The position numbers were made by a program, and so were the translations under genes. The notes under the pieces are model-generated. The model did no database searches. It saw only the letters and a program-made list of their open reading frames with translations, and was not told the origin of the DNA. A stretch of 64,000 nucleotides of DNA from an uncultured bacterium (GTDB lineage Bacteria; Desulfobacterota; Binatia; UBA1149; CAITLU01): NCBI GenBank assembly GCA_903893315.1, contig CAITLU010000046.1, positions 32,187 through 96,186 on the forward strand, read 5' to 3'. Below are positions 1 through 10,070 of the stretch, one piece after another; position 1 is the first letter of the stretch, and every line of letters starts with the position of its first letter.

Positions 1-426
1 CTGATTGCGTGGCTGCGAAGAGGGCGGTGGCTGCTGCTTGCGCGCGGCCTTCGCTTCCGCCGCCGTCGGCTCCGGTGCAGGTGGCGGCAGTGTACGGTCT
101 TCCTCGCGAAGATAGCCCTCGACAACCAGACGCTTCTCGAATGCGGCGATGCGCTTGCAGTCGTAGGAGTATCCGGGGCCCATCACCAGGTCGGTTGGAA
201 CCGCTGCCCAGCCGCCGTGGCGCTCGATGTCACGATATCGCTCGAGCGCTCCTTCGAGAAGGCGGGCCTGCTCACTCGTGCCGTAGCCGTTTACGTCCGC
301 CGGATAAGAGTCGGCGTCACCGTTCCGTTCGCCGACAGCGGGCTTGGAACTGGCAGCGCTCAAGCCAGAACTGCCAAGCAGCAGCACGGCGCAGCCGATC
401 ACGAGGGGAAGCAGATTACGGAACAT
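1..426 (-). CDS. N-terminal part of a secreted L,D-transpeptidase (YcbB-like) / peptidoglycan-binding protein, truncated by the window edge
   Basis: Manual translation from ATG at 426: MFRNLLPLVIGCAVLLLGSSGLSA (signal peptide) ... ALERYRDIERHGGWAAVPTDLVMGPG ... KRLVVEGYL. This resembles the 'Y..I...GGW..VP....L.PG....L..RL...G.L' segment of YcbB-family proteins. Open to position 1; not in the ORF track. Confidence 0.6.
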   Translation of the reverse strand, partial: MFRNLLPLVIGCAVLLLGSSGLSAASSKPAVGERNGDADSYPADVNGYGTSEQARLLEGALERYRDIERHGGWAAVPTDLVMGPGYSYDCKRIAAFEKRLVVEGYLREEDRTLPPPAPEPTAAEAKAARKQQPPPSSQPRNQ

Positions 427-747
427 GTTCACCACACTGACGCCGGTTATACAGACGAACCTTCGCGGTTGCAGACGATGCGCACAGATCACCGCTCAGG
501 CAGGCACAGGAGCCGGGCGCCTACACTCACACAAACGCTTCCACCTCTTCTCGAATCCGGCGAAAATCTGCCGCGGGCGGGCGCCTTCGGCGATTTCCTC
601 GCTGCTGTTGGGCGGATGAGCGAGAGAGGTCGTGGCGTCGACCGTGAACACGACCGCGACCAGCAGGTCAGGGTCTGCTGCGCAGGCGTACATCGATTTC
701 CTCCCGCCGTCTTCGTTCGCGAAACGACCGGCGCGTGTTGCCACCCC

Positions 748-1989
748 TCAGTCCTTCGCGAAGATCTGCACGCCGACCGCGGCTTCTTCGACGCCGAGCA
801 ATCCGCCGCCGTTTTCCTGAATCGCCCAGCGTGCACCTTCGACCTGCCGCGCACGGGCCTCGCCGCGAAGCTGCGTGACGAGTTCGTGAATCTGCCCGAG
901 GCCGGTGGCACCGATCGGATGGCCCTTGCTTTCCAGTCCTCCGGAGGGATTGACCGGAATACGGCCGCCGACGCTGAACTCTCCACGCTCGGCGGCGGGA
1001 CCGGCTTCTCCGTAACCGACCAGGCCGAGGTGTTCGACCGTGAAGATTTCACCCATCGCGGTTGCGTCGTGCACTTCGGCGACGTCGATGTCGGCAGGGC
1101 CGATGCCGGCGGTTTCGTACGCGGTTTTGGCCGCCAGACGCGCGCCGCTCTTCTCGAGTTCTTCGGGTGTTCGCGAGCCCGCGCTGCGGATCACGCTGGC
1201 GGCAACGCGTATCGCGCGTTTGTTGGCGCCGGAGAGACGGGCCAATCCGGCGCGGTTGCAGACGATCGCCGCAGCGGCGCCGTCCGAAATCGGCGAGCAC
1301 ATCGGCATCGTCAGCGGGTAGGTCACCGGCGGCGCTGCCAGAACGTCCTCAATAGTGAGCGGGATCTGGAACTGCGCGAGAGGATTGTGCACTGAGTGCT
1401 GGTGGTTCTTGGCGGACACCGCGGCGATCTGTCTCTGCGTGGTCCCGAATTTCTTCATGTGCCAGCGGCAGATCGCCGCGTAGATCGACATGAACACGCT
1501 GAAGGGCCGGTCGGACTCGCTGCCCGGCGGCACTTCGACGCCTTCGCCCAGGCGCAGCAGGTTGCTGCGGTTCTCCTCAACGCGCGAGACGTCCCAGCCG
1601 GCTTCGAAGATCGCGAACGTCTTGGCCTTGTCAGGGATGTTCATCTTCTCGGAGCCGATCGCCAGAGCGACGTCGCAGAATCCCGAGCGCACCGACTGCA
1701 CGGCCAGGTGAAACGCCGAAGTTCCCGAGGCACACGCATTTTCCACGTTGAACACCGGAATGCCTTCGATGCCGACCTTGTGCAGCACCACCTGTCCCGG
1801 AATCGCGCCCTGCCCCTGCAGCGCGCCGTTGGTGACTCCGGAGTAGTAGGCAACGGCGATGTCGTTGCGCGTACAGCCGGCGTCGGCCAAAGCGGCGTCG
1901 AGGGCCTGGCCTGCCATCGCTTCCAGGCTCAGGTGCGGATGTCGTGCGAACTGCGTCATGCCGACTCCGGCGACGAATACTTCACTCAT
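748..1989 (-). CDS. Thiolase family protein (SCP-x / non-specific lipid transfer type)
   Basis: Motifs VAGVGMT, NVENACASG, CSPISDGAAA, EVHDA, VNPSGGLESKGHPIGATG. Confidence 0.9.
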   Translation of the reverse strand: MSEVFVAGVGMTQFARHPHLSLEAMAGQALDAALADAGCTRNDIAVAYYSGVTNGALQGQGAIPGQVVLHKVGIEGIPVFNVENACASGTSAFHLAVQSVRSGFCDVALAIGSEKMNIPDKAKTFAIFEAGWDVSRVEENRSNLLRLGEGVEVPPGSESDRPFSVFMSIYAAICRWHMKKFGTTQRQIAAVSAKNHQHSVHNPLAQFQIPLTIEDVLAAPPVTYPLTMPMCSPISDGAAAAIVCNRAGLARLSGANKRAIRVAASVIRSAGSRTPEELEKSGARLAAKTAYETAGIGPADIDVAEVHDATAMGEIFTVEHLGLVGYGEAGPAAERGEFSVGGRIPVNPSGGLESKGHPIGATGLGQIHELVTQLRGEARARQVEGARWAIQENGGGLLGVEEAAVGVQIFAKD

Positions 1990-2244
1990 TGTTCTGTTTT
2001 CTCCCTTTTCACGCGTGCGCAGCCTGACTGCGAGGCGCGCATCGCCCGCCGCTCGTAGCGCAGATCCGCGGCACGGGAAACCGCGTATGGATATTCGCCA
2101 TGAGCCAGTTCAAAACGTTCCAGATGCAAGGCACGCGAAAACCGCGAACGGAGCCGCGAGCCGGCAAGCGGCAAGACTCCACGGCTCATCCGTGATCCTC
2201 CCGCCTCGCCGGCTCGGCGCTCTTGGGCAATCTTCAACTGGGCG

Positions 2245-3447
2245 CTAGAAATTCTCGGCCGCCGACAGTCCGAGAATGTCGTTGCAGCCGTCCTCGATCA
2301 TCGACGCACGCGCGTCCCGCAGCAGCTTCTCGATCGGATACTCGCGACTGAGGCCGTTGCCGCCGAAGATCTGCAGCGCGCTGCTCGCCACTTCGAAGGC
2401 GTTGTTGGTAGCGGTGACTTTCGAAGCCGCCGCCACCTCCAGCCGCGGCGGCATGTGCGTCACGTTGTACAGCATCGCCTGACGGCTGATCGCGCGGGAG
2501 GCCTGCACCTTGCGGAACATGTCGAACAGGCGCGCCTTGACGGCCTGGTGCTCGAAGATCGGCTTGCCGCCCTGCACGCGCTGCTTGGCGTAGCTCAGTG
2601 CGAAGTCGAATGCCGCCTGCGCCACACCGGTGAAAATCGAGCCCATGCCGCTGTTGGCCATGCACAGTATCATGTCGGTGCCCATGGCGTAGGCGTCCGC
2701 ATCGATCACCATCGCGTCGACGGGCACGCGAACATTGTCGAAGAAGATCTCGCCCTGGTTCAACGCGCGTTGTCCGATCTTGTCGAGAGGCTTGCCCTTG
2801 GTGACGCCGGGCAGGTCCAGCCGCATCAGGAACCCCCCGTCTCGGCGTACGCCGTCACCCATGTCCACTGCACAGAACATCGCGGTGCAATTGGCGATGG
2901 TGCCGTTGGAAACCCACGCCGACTTCTGTCCGTCGATCACGAAGAAGTCGCCTTCCTTGCGCGCGACACAGTTGGGACGGCCGGGCTGATCGCTGGACGG
3001 CCGGTTCATGTAGTAGATCAGATCGCTGCCGTGGTCCGGTTCGGTGCCGGCCCAGCAGCCGATGCAGTCGTCACCGGAAAACTGTTCGACCAGATCCAGC
3101 CGTCCGATGGTTTCGGCCATGAAACGTGGGAAATTCTTGACCCCGAACGCGATCGCGAGCCCGGAATCACCCCAGCCCAGTTCTTCGGTGATGATGCAGC
3201 GCAGGCGCGCTTGTTCGGCCAGCGTGAGCCCGCTGCTCGGATCCATCAGTTCGTCGAGGCCGAGCGCGCGGTGTTTGGCGAAGACGTTCCACAGCAGCGA
3301 GTCCTTGGCGATCACATCGGCGGGATCATGCAGCGCATCGAGCGCCACGCCGGCAGGTTGCATCACCTCTTGGGCGAAGCGGTGCACCGTCTCTTTGACG
3401 GCGCGCTCGTGTTCGCTGAGATCGGCTTCGTAATCCATCGCGTTCAT
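2245..3447 (-). CDS. Acyl-CoA dehydrogenase
   Basis: Motifs TEPDHGSD, GQKSAWVSNG, YAKQRVQGGKPI, QIFGGNG, RDARASMIEDG; GGAG RBS. Confidence 0.92.
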   Translation of the reverse strand: MNAMDYEADLSEHERAVKETVHRFAQEVMQPAGVALDALHDPADVIAKDSLLWNVFAKHRALGLDELMDPSSGLTLAEQARLRCIITEELGWGDSGLAIAFGVKNFPRFMAETIGRLDLVEQFSGDDCIGCWAGTEPDHGSDLIYYMNRPSSDQPGRPNCVARKEGDFFVIDGQKSAWVSNGTIANCTAMFCAVDMGDGVRRDGGFLMRLDLPGVTKGKPLDKIGQRALNQGEIFFDNVRVPVDAMVIDADAYAMGTDMILCMANSGMGSIFTGVAQAAFDFALSYAKQRVQGGKPIFEHQAVKARLFDMFRKVQASRAISRQAMLYNVTHMPPRLEVAAASKVTATNNAFEVASSALQIFGGNGLSREYPIEKLLRDARASMIEDGCNDILGLSAAENF

Positions 3448-3463
3448 CGTGTTCTCCTCTCCG

Positions 3464-3588
3464 GCAGGCTGCTGAAAAAGGCCTGTCTGCGCGTTGGGCG
3501 CGAACCCGCTCGCTACGACGTAGCTCCGCTACGCCTGCGCTCGCGAGTCCCCGCGCCCGCCTTGCATCCAGTTTTTTGAGCAGCCTGC
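3464..3588. repeat. 125-bp MITE/REP-like intergenic element with 16-bp terminal inverted repeats
   Basis: Left end gcaggctgctgaaaaa (3464-3479) and right end tttttgagcagcctgc (3573-3588) are complementary with one mismatch; internal self-complementary segments. Confidence 0.7.
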
Positions 3589-3630
3589 TCCGTGTTGTTC
3601 TTCCTTAGCTTCGTGGGTCCTCGAGTAGCT

Positions 3631-4854
3631 CTACCGAGCCAGCACTGTCACGCACATCGAGGCAGCTTCGCGGCCGACAACGCCGCCTCCGTTCTGGGCC
3701 AGAGCGATCTTCGCGCCTTCGACCTGTCGCTGGCCCGAGCGTCCGGTCAGTTGTTCGGTGAGTTCGACGATTTGCGCGACTCCGGTCGCGCCCACCGGGT
3801 GGCCTTTGCGCAACAGCCCACCCGAGGTGTTGACCGGCAGCCGCCCGCCCAGGCGCGTTGCGCCTTCGTCGATCAAGCGGCCCGACTCTCCACGCGCGCA
3901 CAGTCCGAGAGCTTCGTAGGCGACCAGTTCGCCGATCGCCGAGGCGTCGTGGAGTTCGATCACGTCGACGTCCTGGATTCCGACGCCGGCCTCTTCGTAC
4001 GCCTCGCGCGCGCACAGCGTGACCGAGTCGAGTTGTCCCGGCTCGTGATCCCAGCCCGAGTGCAGAACGCTGGTTACCACGCGCACCGGCTTGTCGATGC
4101 CGAGTTCGCGCGCCTTGCGCTCGCTGACCAGCACGACCGCTGCGGCTCCGTCCCCGATCGGCGAACACATCGGCCGCGTCAGCGGTTCTTCGATCATCGG
4201 CGCCGCCAGCACGTCGGCGACGGTCAGCACGTCGCGGAACTGCGCGCGCTGGTTCATGCTGCCGTGCAGCGAATTCTTGGCCGACACGCCGGCGATCTGT
4301 TCAACCGTGGTCCCGTACTGCCGCATGTGGTTGCGCGCCACGCCGGCGTAAAACTCCATCGCGACCGATCCCCTCGAACTGCGTTCCGGGTTGTCGCTGC
4401 CCGCAGCCTTGTCGCTGCGCAGGCCCGCCAGCATGGCCTTCAGTTCCTCGATGTCAGTTCCGCCGGCGAGCGCGGTGAACGTCCGCATCTTGTCGGGATG
4501 GTACAGTTTCTCGACTCCGAGGACGAGCACGACGTCGTAGCACCCGGCTGTGACCATCGCGCAGGCTTGCTGCAAAGCCGTCGAGCCGCTGCCGCACGCG
4601 TTGTCGATGTTGACGACCGGGATGCGCCCGATTCCCAGCGAGCGCAGCACCACCTGTCCACGGATGCACTCCTGACCGGTGATGATGCCGGCCATCGCAT
4701 TGCCGACGTAGGCGGCTTCGATCTGCTCGGATGCCATCCCGGCGTCCGCCAGAGCGGCCTGCACCGCCTCGGCGCCAAGGGCCTTGAGTCCGGTGTCGAT
4801 GTGTTTTGCAAACCGGGTCATTCCGACGCCGGCAACGATCGCCTTCATGCGCAT
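3631..4854 (-). CDS. Thiolase family protein (SCP-x type), paralog of 748-1989
   Basis: Motifs VAGVGMT, NIDNACGSG, CSPIGDGAAA, ELHDA, VNTSGGLLRKGHPVGATG; start set at MRMKAIV. Confidence 0.9.
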   Translation of the reverse strand: MRMKAIVAGVGMTRFAKHIDTGLKALGAEAVQAALADAGMASEQIEAAYVGNAMAGIITGQECIRGQVVLRSLGIGRIPVVNIDNACGSGSTALQQACAMVTAGCYDVVLVLGVEKLYHPDKMRTFTALAGGTDIEELKAMLAGLRSDKAAGSDNPERSSRGSVAMEFYAGVARNHMRQYGTTVEQIAGVSAKNSLHGSMNQRAQFRDVLTVADVLAAPMIEEPLTRPMCSPIGDGAAAVVLVSERKARELGIDKPVRVVTSVLHSGWDHEPGQLDSVTLCAREAYEEAGVGIQDVDVIELHDASAIGELVAYEALGLCARGESGRLIDEGATRLGGRLPVNTSGGLLRKGHPVGATGVAQIVELTEQLTGRSGQRQVEGAKIALAQNGGGVVGREAASMCVTVLAR

Positions 4855-5061
4855 GGTCGTGTTTTCCCTGTCTTTCTGGCAGCCCACCTCGTGCCACTTC
4901 GGAATCGAGGTATCCGCAGCCCTATGGCTTTGCGCCCCGGATATGTCCAATCGAATTTTTGGACAGGTGTATGCGAGTGAGGCATCCCGCGGCAACGAGA
5001 CCGGTGGCACGGGAGCAACCGCGCAGCGACTGCGGGCGCTCGCGCAACGAACACCACGAGA

Positions 5062-7239
5062 TCACTCCGGCGGCAGCGGCATCACGCTCGCCAGCGCTGC
5101 GGCCAGCACTTGCGGATCGGTGATCGGCGGTCGACACGCGCCTGCTTCACAAACGAAAGCCGTAGCCTGGTCATCGGCCGCAGCCTTGCCGCCAAGCGCC
5201 GGAATGCTGCGCGCAAGCTCGGCGAGCGCCGCTCCGGTAGATGTGACCACCAGCGTGCGGTTGGGCAGTTCGGCACGCGCAACCACCATCAGCAACCGTG
5301 AAGGATCTGCGCCCGGCGGAACAAGCACCGTCACCTGCTTGAACGTATCGACATAGGCCTCCAGCCCCGAGACAAGAGCCGGCGCCGACAGCGCACTGTA
5401 GGCGAGCACGTGTGCGAGAGACCCGAGCGTGCGTGCCGCCGCCGCTCGATAGCGGACCTGGCCGGTGAGCCCGTCCAGGCGCAACAGCAACGCGACGGCA
5501 GCAGCGTTGCCGCTCGGCTGTGCGCCGTCGAAGTCGGGCTTGATACGAAACAGCGCGTTGTCGTCAGCCGCCGAAGTGAGAAAGAAACCGCCGGTTCCCC
5601 TATGTTCGAAGCGAGCCAGCATATCGTCGGCAAGCGCGATCGATGCCGCGAGCCAGCGCGGCTGCGCGTCGATTTCGAAAAGGTCGAGCAGCCCTGTGGC
5701 CATGAAGACCGAATCGTCGAGATAGCCGTCGCGACATCCGGCGCTGCCTGCCTCCAGGCAGTGGACCGGGCGTCCCTCGGGCATCATGCGCGCGAGCAGA
5801 AACTCGCCGGCAGCAACCGCACGAGCCCGATACGAATCGTCCCCGAACGCGACGGCACCGCGTGCGAGTGCCGACAGCGCCATTCCATTGGCGTCAGCCA
5901 GCACCTTGTCGTCGCGGCCGGGCGCAGGCCGAGCAGCACGCCGCAGCAGCAATTCGGCCGCGGCTTGCTGCGAATCGAGCGCGGCCGCGCGATCGGTGTC
6001 GTTGAGTTGATAGAAGCAATCCTCGCACGGAGCACCGTCAGGTCCCCGGCTCTCCGAATCGAGCGCGGCATCGAACGCGCCGACAAACGCAGGGTCGGAA
6101 AGATCGCGCACCAGGAAGTCGAGCGTGGTGCGCGCGGTAACGCGAAACTCCTCGCGCCCGGTTGCACGCCACGCATCGAGATACAGAGCCGCCAGCAACG
6201 CGTTGTCGGACAGCGTCTTCTCGTAGGAAGGGTTTTTCCAGCCCGGCCCGCGCGCGTAGCGATGAAAGCCTCCCGCAACGACGTCGTGCAGAGGACTCGA
6301 GCGCACGGCTTCAAGCGTCCTCTCGGCCATCTCCAGAGCCGACTCCGGACCGCCGCGACGGCGGTAGCGCAACAGGAAATCAATCAGCGGAGGCCTCACG
6401 AAACGCGGCGTGTCTCCGAAGCCTCCAGCTTCACGGTCGAAGATGCCCGTGGCCTGGGACAGCAGCGACGCGAAAACCGACGCGGCCGGCGCAAGCTCGC
6501 CGGGTGGTCGCGGCGCAGCAAGGTTGCGGACTCGCTCGACGAGTCCCGTCGCCTTCCCCTCGATCGCTTCTTCGCCGATTTCCAGTTCGCGCAGGGTCTT
6601 GTCGACCACGCTGCGCAGATCCGGTGTCGAGTTCGCGGCCGCGCCGTACGAATAGGCCTGGAACGGAAGTCCCTGCTTGGTAAGGAACAACACCGCCGGC
6701 CAGCCGCCGGTGCCACTGTGCAGCTTGAGAGCCGCCATGAAGACCGCATCCAGATCCGGTCTTTCGTCGCGATCGAGCAACACCGGAACGAAATTGCGGT
6801 TGACGAGTTCGGCAAAGGCCGGATCGTCGAAGACCTCGCGCTCGAGCAGATGACAGCCGGGGCACGACGCGAAGCCGATCACCAGCATCACCGGCCGGTC
6901 GAGACGTGCGGCGTCCGCCAGAGCCGCGGCGCCCCAGGGCCGCCAATCCACCGGAGCGTGGGCCTGACGTCGCAGGAAGGAACTGCGCTCGGCCACAAGA
7001 CGGTTGGTATATGCGGGGGCGCTGTCGGAATCGCTGCGGCCCGCTTCGACGTCGAGAGCCGCCGCGAGCCGCTCGCGAGTCGCGGCGTCCAGCGGCTCGG
7101 CGCCCGGAAGCGAGACCGGAAGCGCCCAACCACGCGCGGTTGACGACGATGCAGAGAGCTTGGACGGCTCAGGCCCGCAAGCCGGCGCGGCAATACACAG
7201 GGCCGCAACCAGCGCCCATGCAGCGCCGCGCATTTTCAT
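5062..7239 (-). CDS. YyaL/SSP411-like thioredoxin-domain protein (DUF255 plus alpha/alpha toroid) with N-terminal signal, possibly a lipoprotein
   Basis: Motifs YTNRL...PVDWRPWG, CPGC, DRDERPDLD, GGWP, GGFHRY, YEKTLSDNA, RDDKVL, DGAQPSGNA. Confidence 0.85.
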   Translation of the reverse strand: MKMRGAAWALVAALCIAAPACGPEPSKLSASSSTARGWALPVSLPGAEPLDAATRERLAAALDVEAGRSDSDSAPAYTNRLVAERSSFLRRQAHAPVDWRPWGAAALADAARLDRPVMLVIGFASCPGCHLLEREVFDDPAFAELVNRNFVPVLLDRDERPDLDAVFMAALKLHSGTGGWPAVLFLTKQGLPFQAYSYGAAANSTPDLRSVVDKTLRELEIGEEAIEGKATGLVERVRNLAAPRPPGELAPAASVFASLLSQATGIFDREAGGFGDTPRFVRPPLIDFLLRYRRRGGPESALEMAERTLEAVRSSPLHDVVAGGFHRYARGPGWKNPSYEKTLSDNALLAALYLDAWRATGREEFRVTARTTLDFLVRDLSDPAFVGAFDAALDSESRGPDGAPCEDCFYQLNDTDRAAALDSQQAAAELLLRRAARPAPGRDDKVLADANGMALSALARGAVAFGDDSYRARAVAAGEFLLARMMPEGRPVHCLEAGSAGCRDGYLDDSVFMATGLLDLFEIDAQPRWLAASIALADDMLARFEHRGTGGFFLTSAADDNALFRIKPDFDGAQPSGNAAAVALLLRLDGLTGQVRYRAAAARTLGSLAHVLAYSALSAPALVSGLEAYVDTFKQVTVLVPPGADPSRLLMVVARAELPNRTLVVTSTGAALAELARSIPALGGKAAADDQATAFVCEAGACRPPITDPQVLAAALASVMPLPPE

Positions 7240-7320
7240 TGACAGAATGGCTCGAGCCCCTTTGCCGATGACCGACCGCGCCTGTCGCGCAGATGACGGA
7301 CATCCCACGAACGGACGCTG

Positions 7321-7752
7321 CTAGCCAGCCATGTAATCGCGCAGGAACCGCGCCTCGGTTTCTTTCTGGTGGTACTGGGCCTTGACCACGTCGCCGATCG
7401 AAATCATCGCCACCAGGCGGCGCCCCTCCAGCACCGGGAAGTGGCGGACGCGCTTCTCCGTCATCACCTGCATCACGTACTCAAGATCGTCGTCGAGCAC
7501 GCCGATCACCAGGTCTACCGTCATCGCGTCTCCCACGCGGGTGGCGAGCGACACCTGGCAGTCCTTACGGGAACAGAGCCGCAGCACGTCACGCTCGCTC
7601 AGTATCCCGACCAGCGCGCCGGCGGCATCGACCACGGGCAGTGCCCCGATGTTGAACTTGCATAGCTGCTGGATGGCCTGGTGGACGGTCTTGTCCGGGG
7701 AAATGGTCTGAAGCTCGATCGGCTCGTTCTTGCGGATGTCACGGATCTTCAT
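7321..7752 (-). CDS. CBS domain pair protein
   Basis: Motifs IGALPVVD..GILSERD, VMTEKRVRHFPV, ISIGDVVKA; GAGGAG RBS before MKIRDI. Confidence 0.9.
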   Translation of the reverse strand: MKIRDIRKNEPIELQTISPDKTVHQAIQQLCKFNIGALPVVDAAGALVGILSERDVLRLCSRKDCQVSLATRVGDAMTVDLVIGVLDDDLEYVMQVMTEKRVRHFPVLEGRRLVAMISIGDVVKAQYHQKETEARFLRDYMAG

Positions 7753-8002
7753 CGGAAGAGGTCTCCTCGTCGTTGGTCGGGCGGCTCCGATGCTCTCCGA
7801 CACCACCGGCGGCGGTAGCCGGATCGAGTTAGGCACCGCAGTGCAATTCCGTCAATGCAGCCTCGCAGTTTTGCGATCAAAAGCCCGGGATGGCGGCTCG
7901 GACCGGGCCTTAGTCGGCCTCGCGCAAGGGCGCGCGGTTGCCTGCATGGAACGATCTTGCGAAGGTTGCGCCTCTCATCCACGGCCGCGTTCTTTTTCGG
8001 CA

Positions 8003-10039
8003 ATGACGAGCGAATACGACATGACAATTCCCCCAACCACATTGACCCCGGCCTCGGGCTCCGCACCGAAACCTGCGCCCCAACCTGCGCCCCGCGGTTA
8101 CGGCGGTCTGCGCGTGGTTTCCTTCGAAAGCCGCATGGCTGCGGAGGCCGTGAAGCTGATCCGCAGCGCAGGCGGCGTAGCGCTGTCGGCGCCGTCGATG
8201 CAGGAAGTCCCGCTCAGCTCGGCGCCGCAGTCCGGCCCCGGCAGCAGCGAGGACATCTTCGCATTCGCCGAGGAACTGCTGGCCGACCGCATCGACGTCG
8301 TCATCTTCCTTACCGGGGTCGGCACCAAGTACCTGTTCGAGATCCTGAGTCCGCGTCATAGTCCGGCCCGATTGGCCGCCGCCCTGGCCGCAACCACGGT
8401 CGTAGCGCGAGGATCCAAGTCGCTGCGGGTGCTGCGCGAGTTGGAGGTTCCGGTCTCGATCGTGGCGCCCGAGCCCAACACATGGAGGGACGTGCTGGTG
8501 GCACTGGATGCCGCCGCGCCCGAGCTTCGGCTTTCCGGAGCACGCGTGGCGGTTCAGGAATACGGGGTCTCCAACGCCGAACTGCTCAGCGAATTGCGCG
8601 GACGAGGAGCCAAGGTCAGACCGGTTCCCGTCTACCGCTGGGCCTTGCCCGACGACATCGCGCCGTTACACGATGCGATCAGACAGGTAATCGCGCGCAC
8701 CGCCGATGTGCTGCTGTTCACCAGTTCGAACCAGGTCTTCCATCTGCTCGAAGTGCTGCGCAACCTCGGCTGCGAGGAAGCATTCCGCCAGGCCTGCCGT
8801 GAAGTGGTGATCGGGTCCATCGGAATTCTTTGCACTCAGACGCTGGCCGCCGAAGGCTTCGTGGTCGACTTCGAACCCGCGCACGCCAAACTCGGCGCGC
8901 TGATCAAGGAAGGCTCGGAGCGCGCCCCCGAACTCATCATCACGCGCCGACAGGCGCTGCGCCGGTCGGTGGCGACAGCAGCGCCGCGCACGGCCCAAAC
9001 ACCGGTCGCCGACATCCGCGACAGCGTGTTCATGAAGGCCTGCCGCCGCGAGCCGGTGCCTTACACGCCCGTGTGGCTGATGCGGCAGGCGGGCCGCTAC
9101 ATGCAGGAATACCGGGAACTGCGTGCTCGCGTCTCGTTCATCGACCTCTGCAAGACTCCGGAACTGGCCGCTCAGGCCGCGGTCGATGCCCAGCGCCGCC
9201 TCGGCGTCGACGCCGCCATCTTGTTCTCGGACATCCTGCTGCTGCTCGAACCAGTGGGCCTCGGTCTCGAGTACGTGCACGGCGAAGGGCCGAGCCTGAC
9301 GCGCCTGGTACGCGGCGCGGCCGACGTCGACCGTCTGCGTGAAGTGGATCCACACGCCTCGCTCGCCTACGTATTCGAGGCAGTACGCCGTACCCGCGCC
9401 GAACTCGACGCGAACATCCCGCTGATCGGCTTCAGCGGCGCGCCTTTCACGCTGGCCTCGTACATGATCGAAGGCGGCGGCTCGAAGAACTACATCGACA
9501 CCAAGCGTCTGATGTACGCGGACAAGGGTGCGTGGGACGCGATGATGGCGTTGCTGTCGCGTGCGGTGGTCGCCTACCTCAAGGGGCAGATCGATGCCGG
9601 CGCGGTCGCGGTGCAGCTTTTCGACAGTTGGGTGGGATGTCTGTCTCCGCACGACTATCGCACCTACGTACTGCCGCACATGCGTGAACTGATCGCGGCG
9701 CTGCCGCCGGGAGTTCCCGTCATCCATTTCGGCACCGAAACCGCGACGTTGCTGGAACTGCAAGTCAGCGCCGGCGCCGGCGTCATCGGCGTCGACCACC
9801 GCGTCGAAATCGCCGACGCGTTCGCGCGTTTTCCAGGCGTGGCCGTGCAGGGCAATCTCGACCCGGTGCTGCTGTTCTCCGAGCGGTCCGCGCTGCGCGA
9901 GCAGACCTCGAGAGTGCTGGCCGAAGTCGCAGGACGGCCCGGACACATCTTCAACCTCGGCCACGGCATCTTGCCCGGAACGCCGGTCGACAACGTGATC
10001 GCACTGGTCGACATGGTGCACGAATTGAGCGCGCGCTGA
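8003..10039 (+). CDS. hemE: Fused uroporphyrinogen-III synthase (HemD) and uroporphyrinogen decarboxylase (HemE)
   Basis: N-half VVSFESR, IFLTGVG, VPVYRWALP, FTSSNQV (HemD); C-half PVWLMRQAGRYM, AAILFSDIL, IGFSGAPFTLASY, QLFDSW, QGNLDP, HIFNLGHG (HemE). Start is 8003 or 8021. Confidence 0.9.
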   Translation: MTSEYDMTIPPTTLTPASGSAPKPAPQPAPRGYGGLRVVSFESRMAAEAVKLIRSAGGVALSAPSMQEVPLSSAPQSGPGSSEDIFAFAEELLADRIDVVIFLTGVGTKYLFEILSPRHSPARLAAALAATTVVARGSKSLRVLRELEVPVSIVAPEPNTWRDVLVALDAAAPELRLSGARVAVQEYGVSNAELLSELRGRGAKVRPVPVYRWALPDDIAPLHDAIRQVIARTADVLLFTSSNQVFHLLEVLRNLGCEEAFRQACREVVIGSIGILCTQTLAAEGFVVDFEPAHAKLGALIKEGSERAPELIITRRQALRRSVATAAPRTAQTPVADIRDSVFMKACRREPVPYTPVWLMRQAGRYMQEYRELRARVSFIDLCKTPELAAQAAVDAQRRLGVDAAILFSDILLLLEPVGLGLEYVHGEGPSLTRLVRGAADVDRLREVDPHASLAYVFEAVRRTRAELDANIPLIGFSGAPFTLASYMIEGGGSKNYIDTKRLMYADKGAWDAMMALLSRAVVAYLKGQIDAGAVAVQLFDSWVGCLSPHDYRTYVLPHMRELIAALPPGVPVIHFGTETATLLELQVSAGAGVIGVDHRVEIADAFARFPGVAVQGNLDPVLLFSERSALREQTSRVLAEVAGRPGHIFNLGHGILPGTPVDNVIALVDMVHELSAR

Positions 10040-10070
10040 AAAGCGCGGGCTGGGAAGCAGGGAGGAAGGG

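Noticed and set aside
496..744. 82-aa ORF directly after the thiolase stop
   Set aside because: No recognisable motif and weak RBS; cannot be supported as a gene.
217..1395. Long antisense or alternate-frame ORFs (also 3592-4980, 5410-7143, 23288-25138, 39939-42008, 44857-46575, 61222-63210)
   Set aside because: Shadow ORFs opposite well-supported genes, expected in high-GC DNA; no recognisable motifs.
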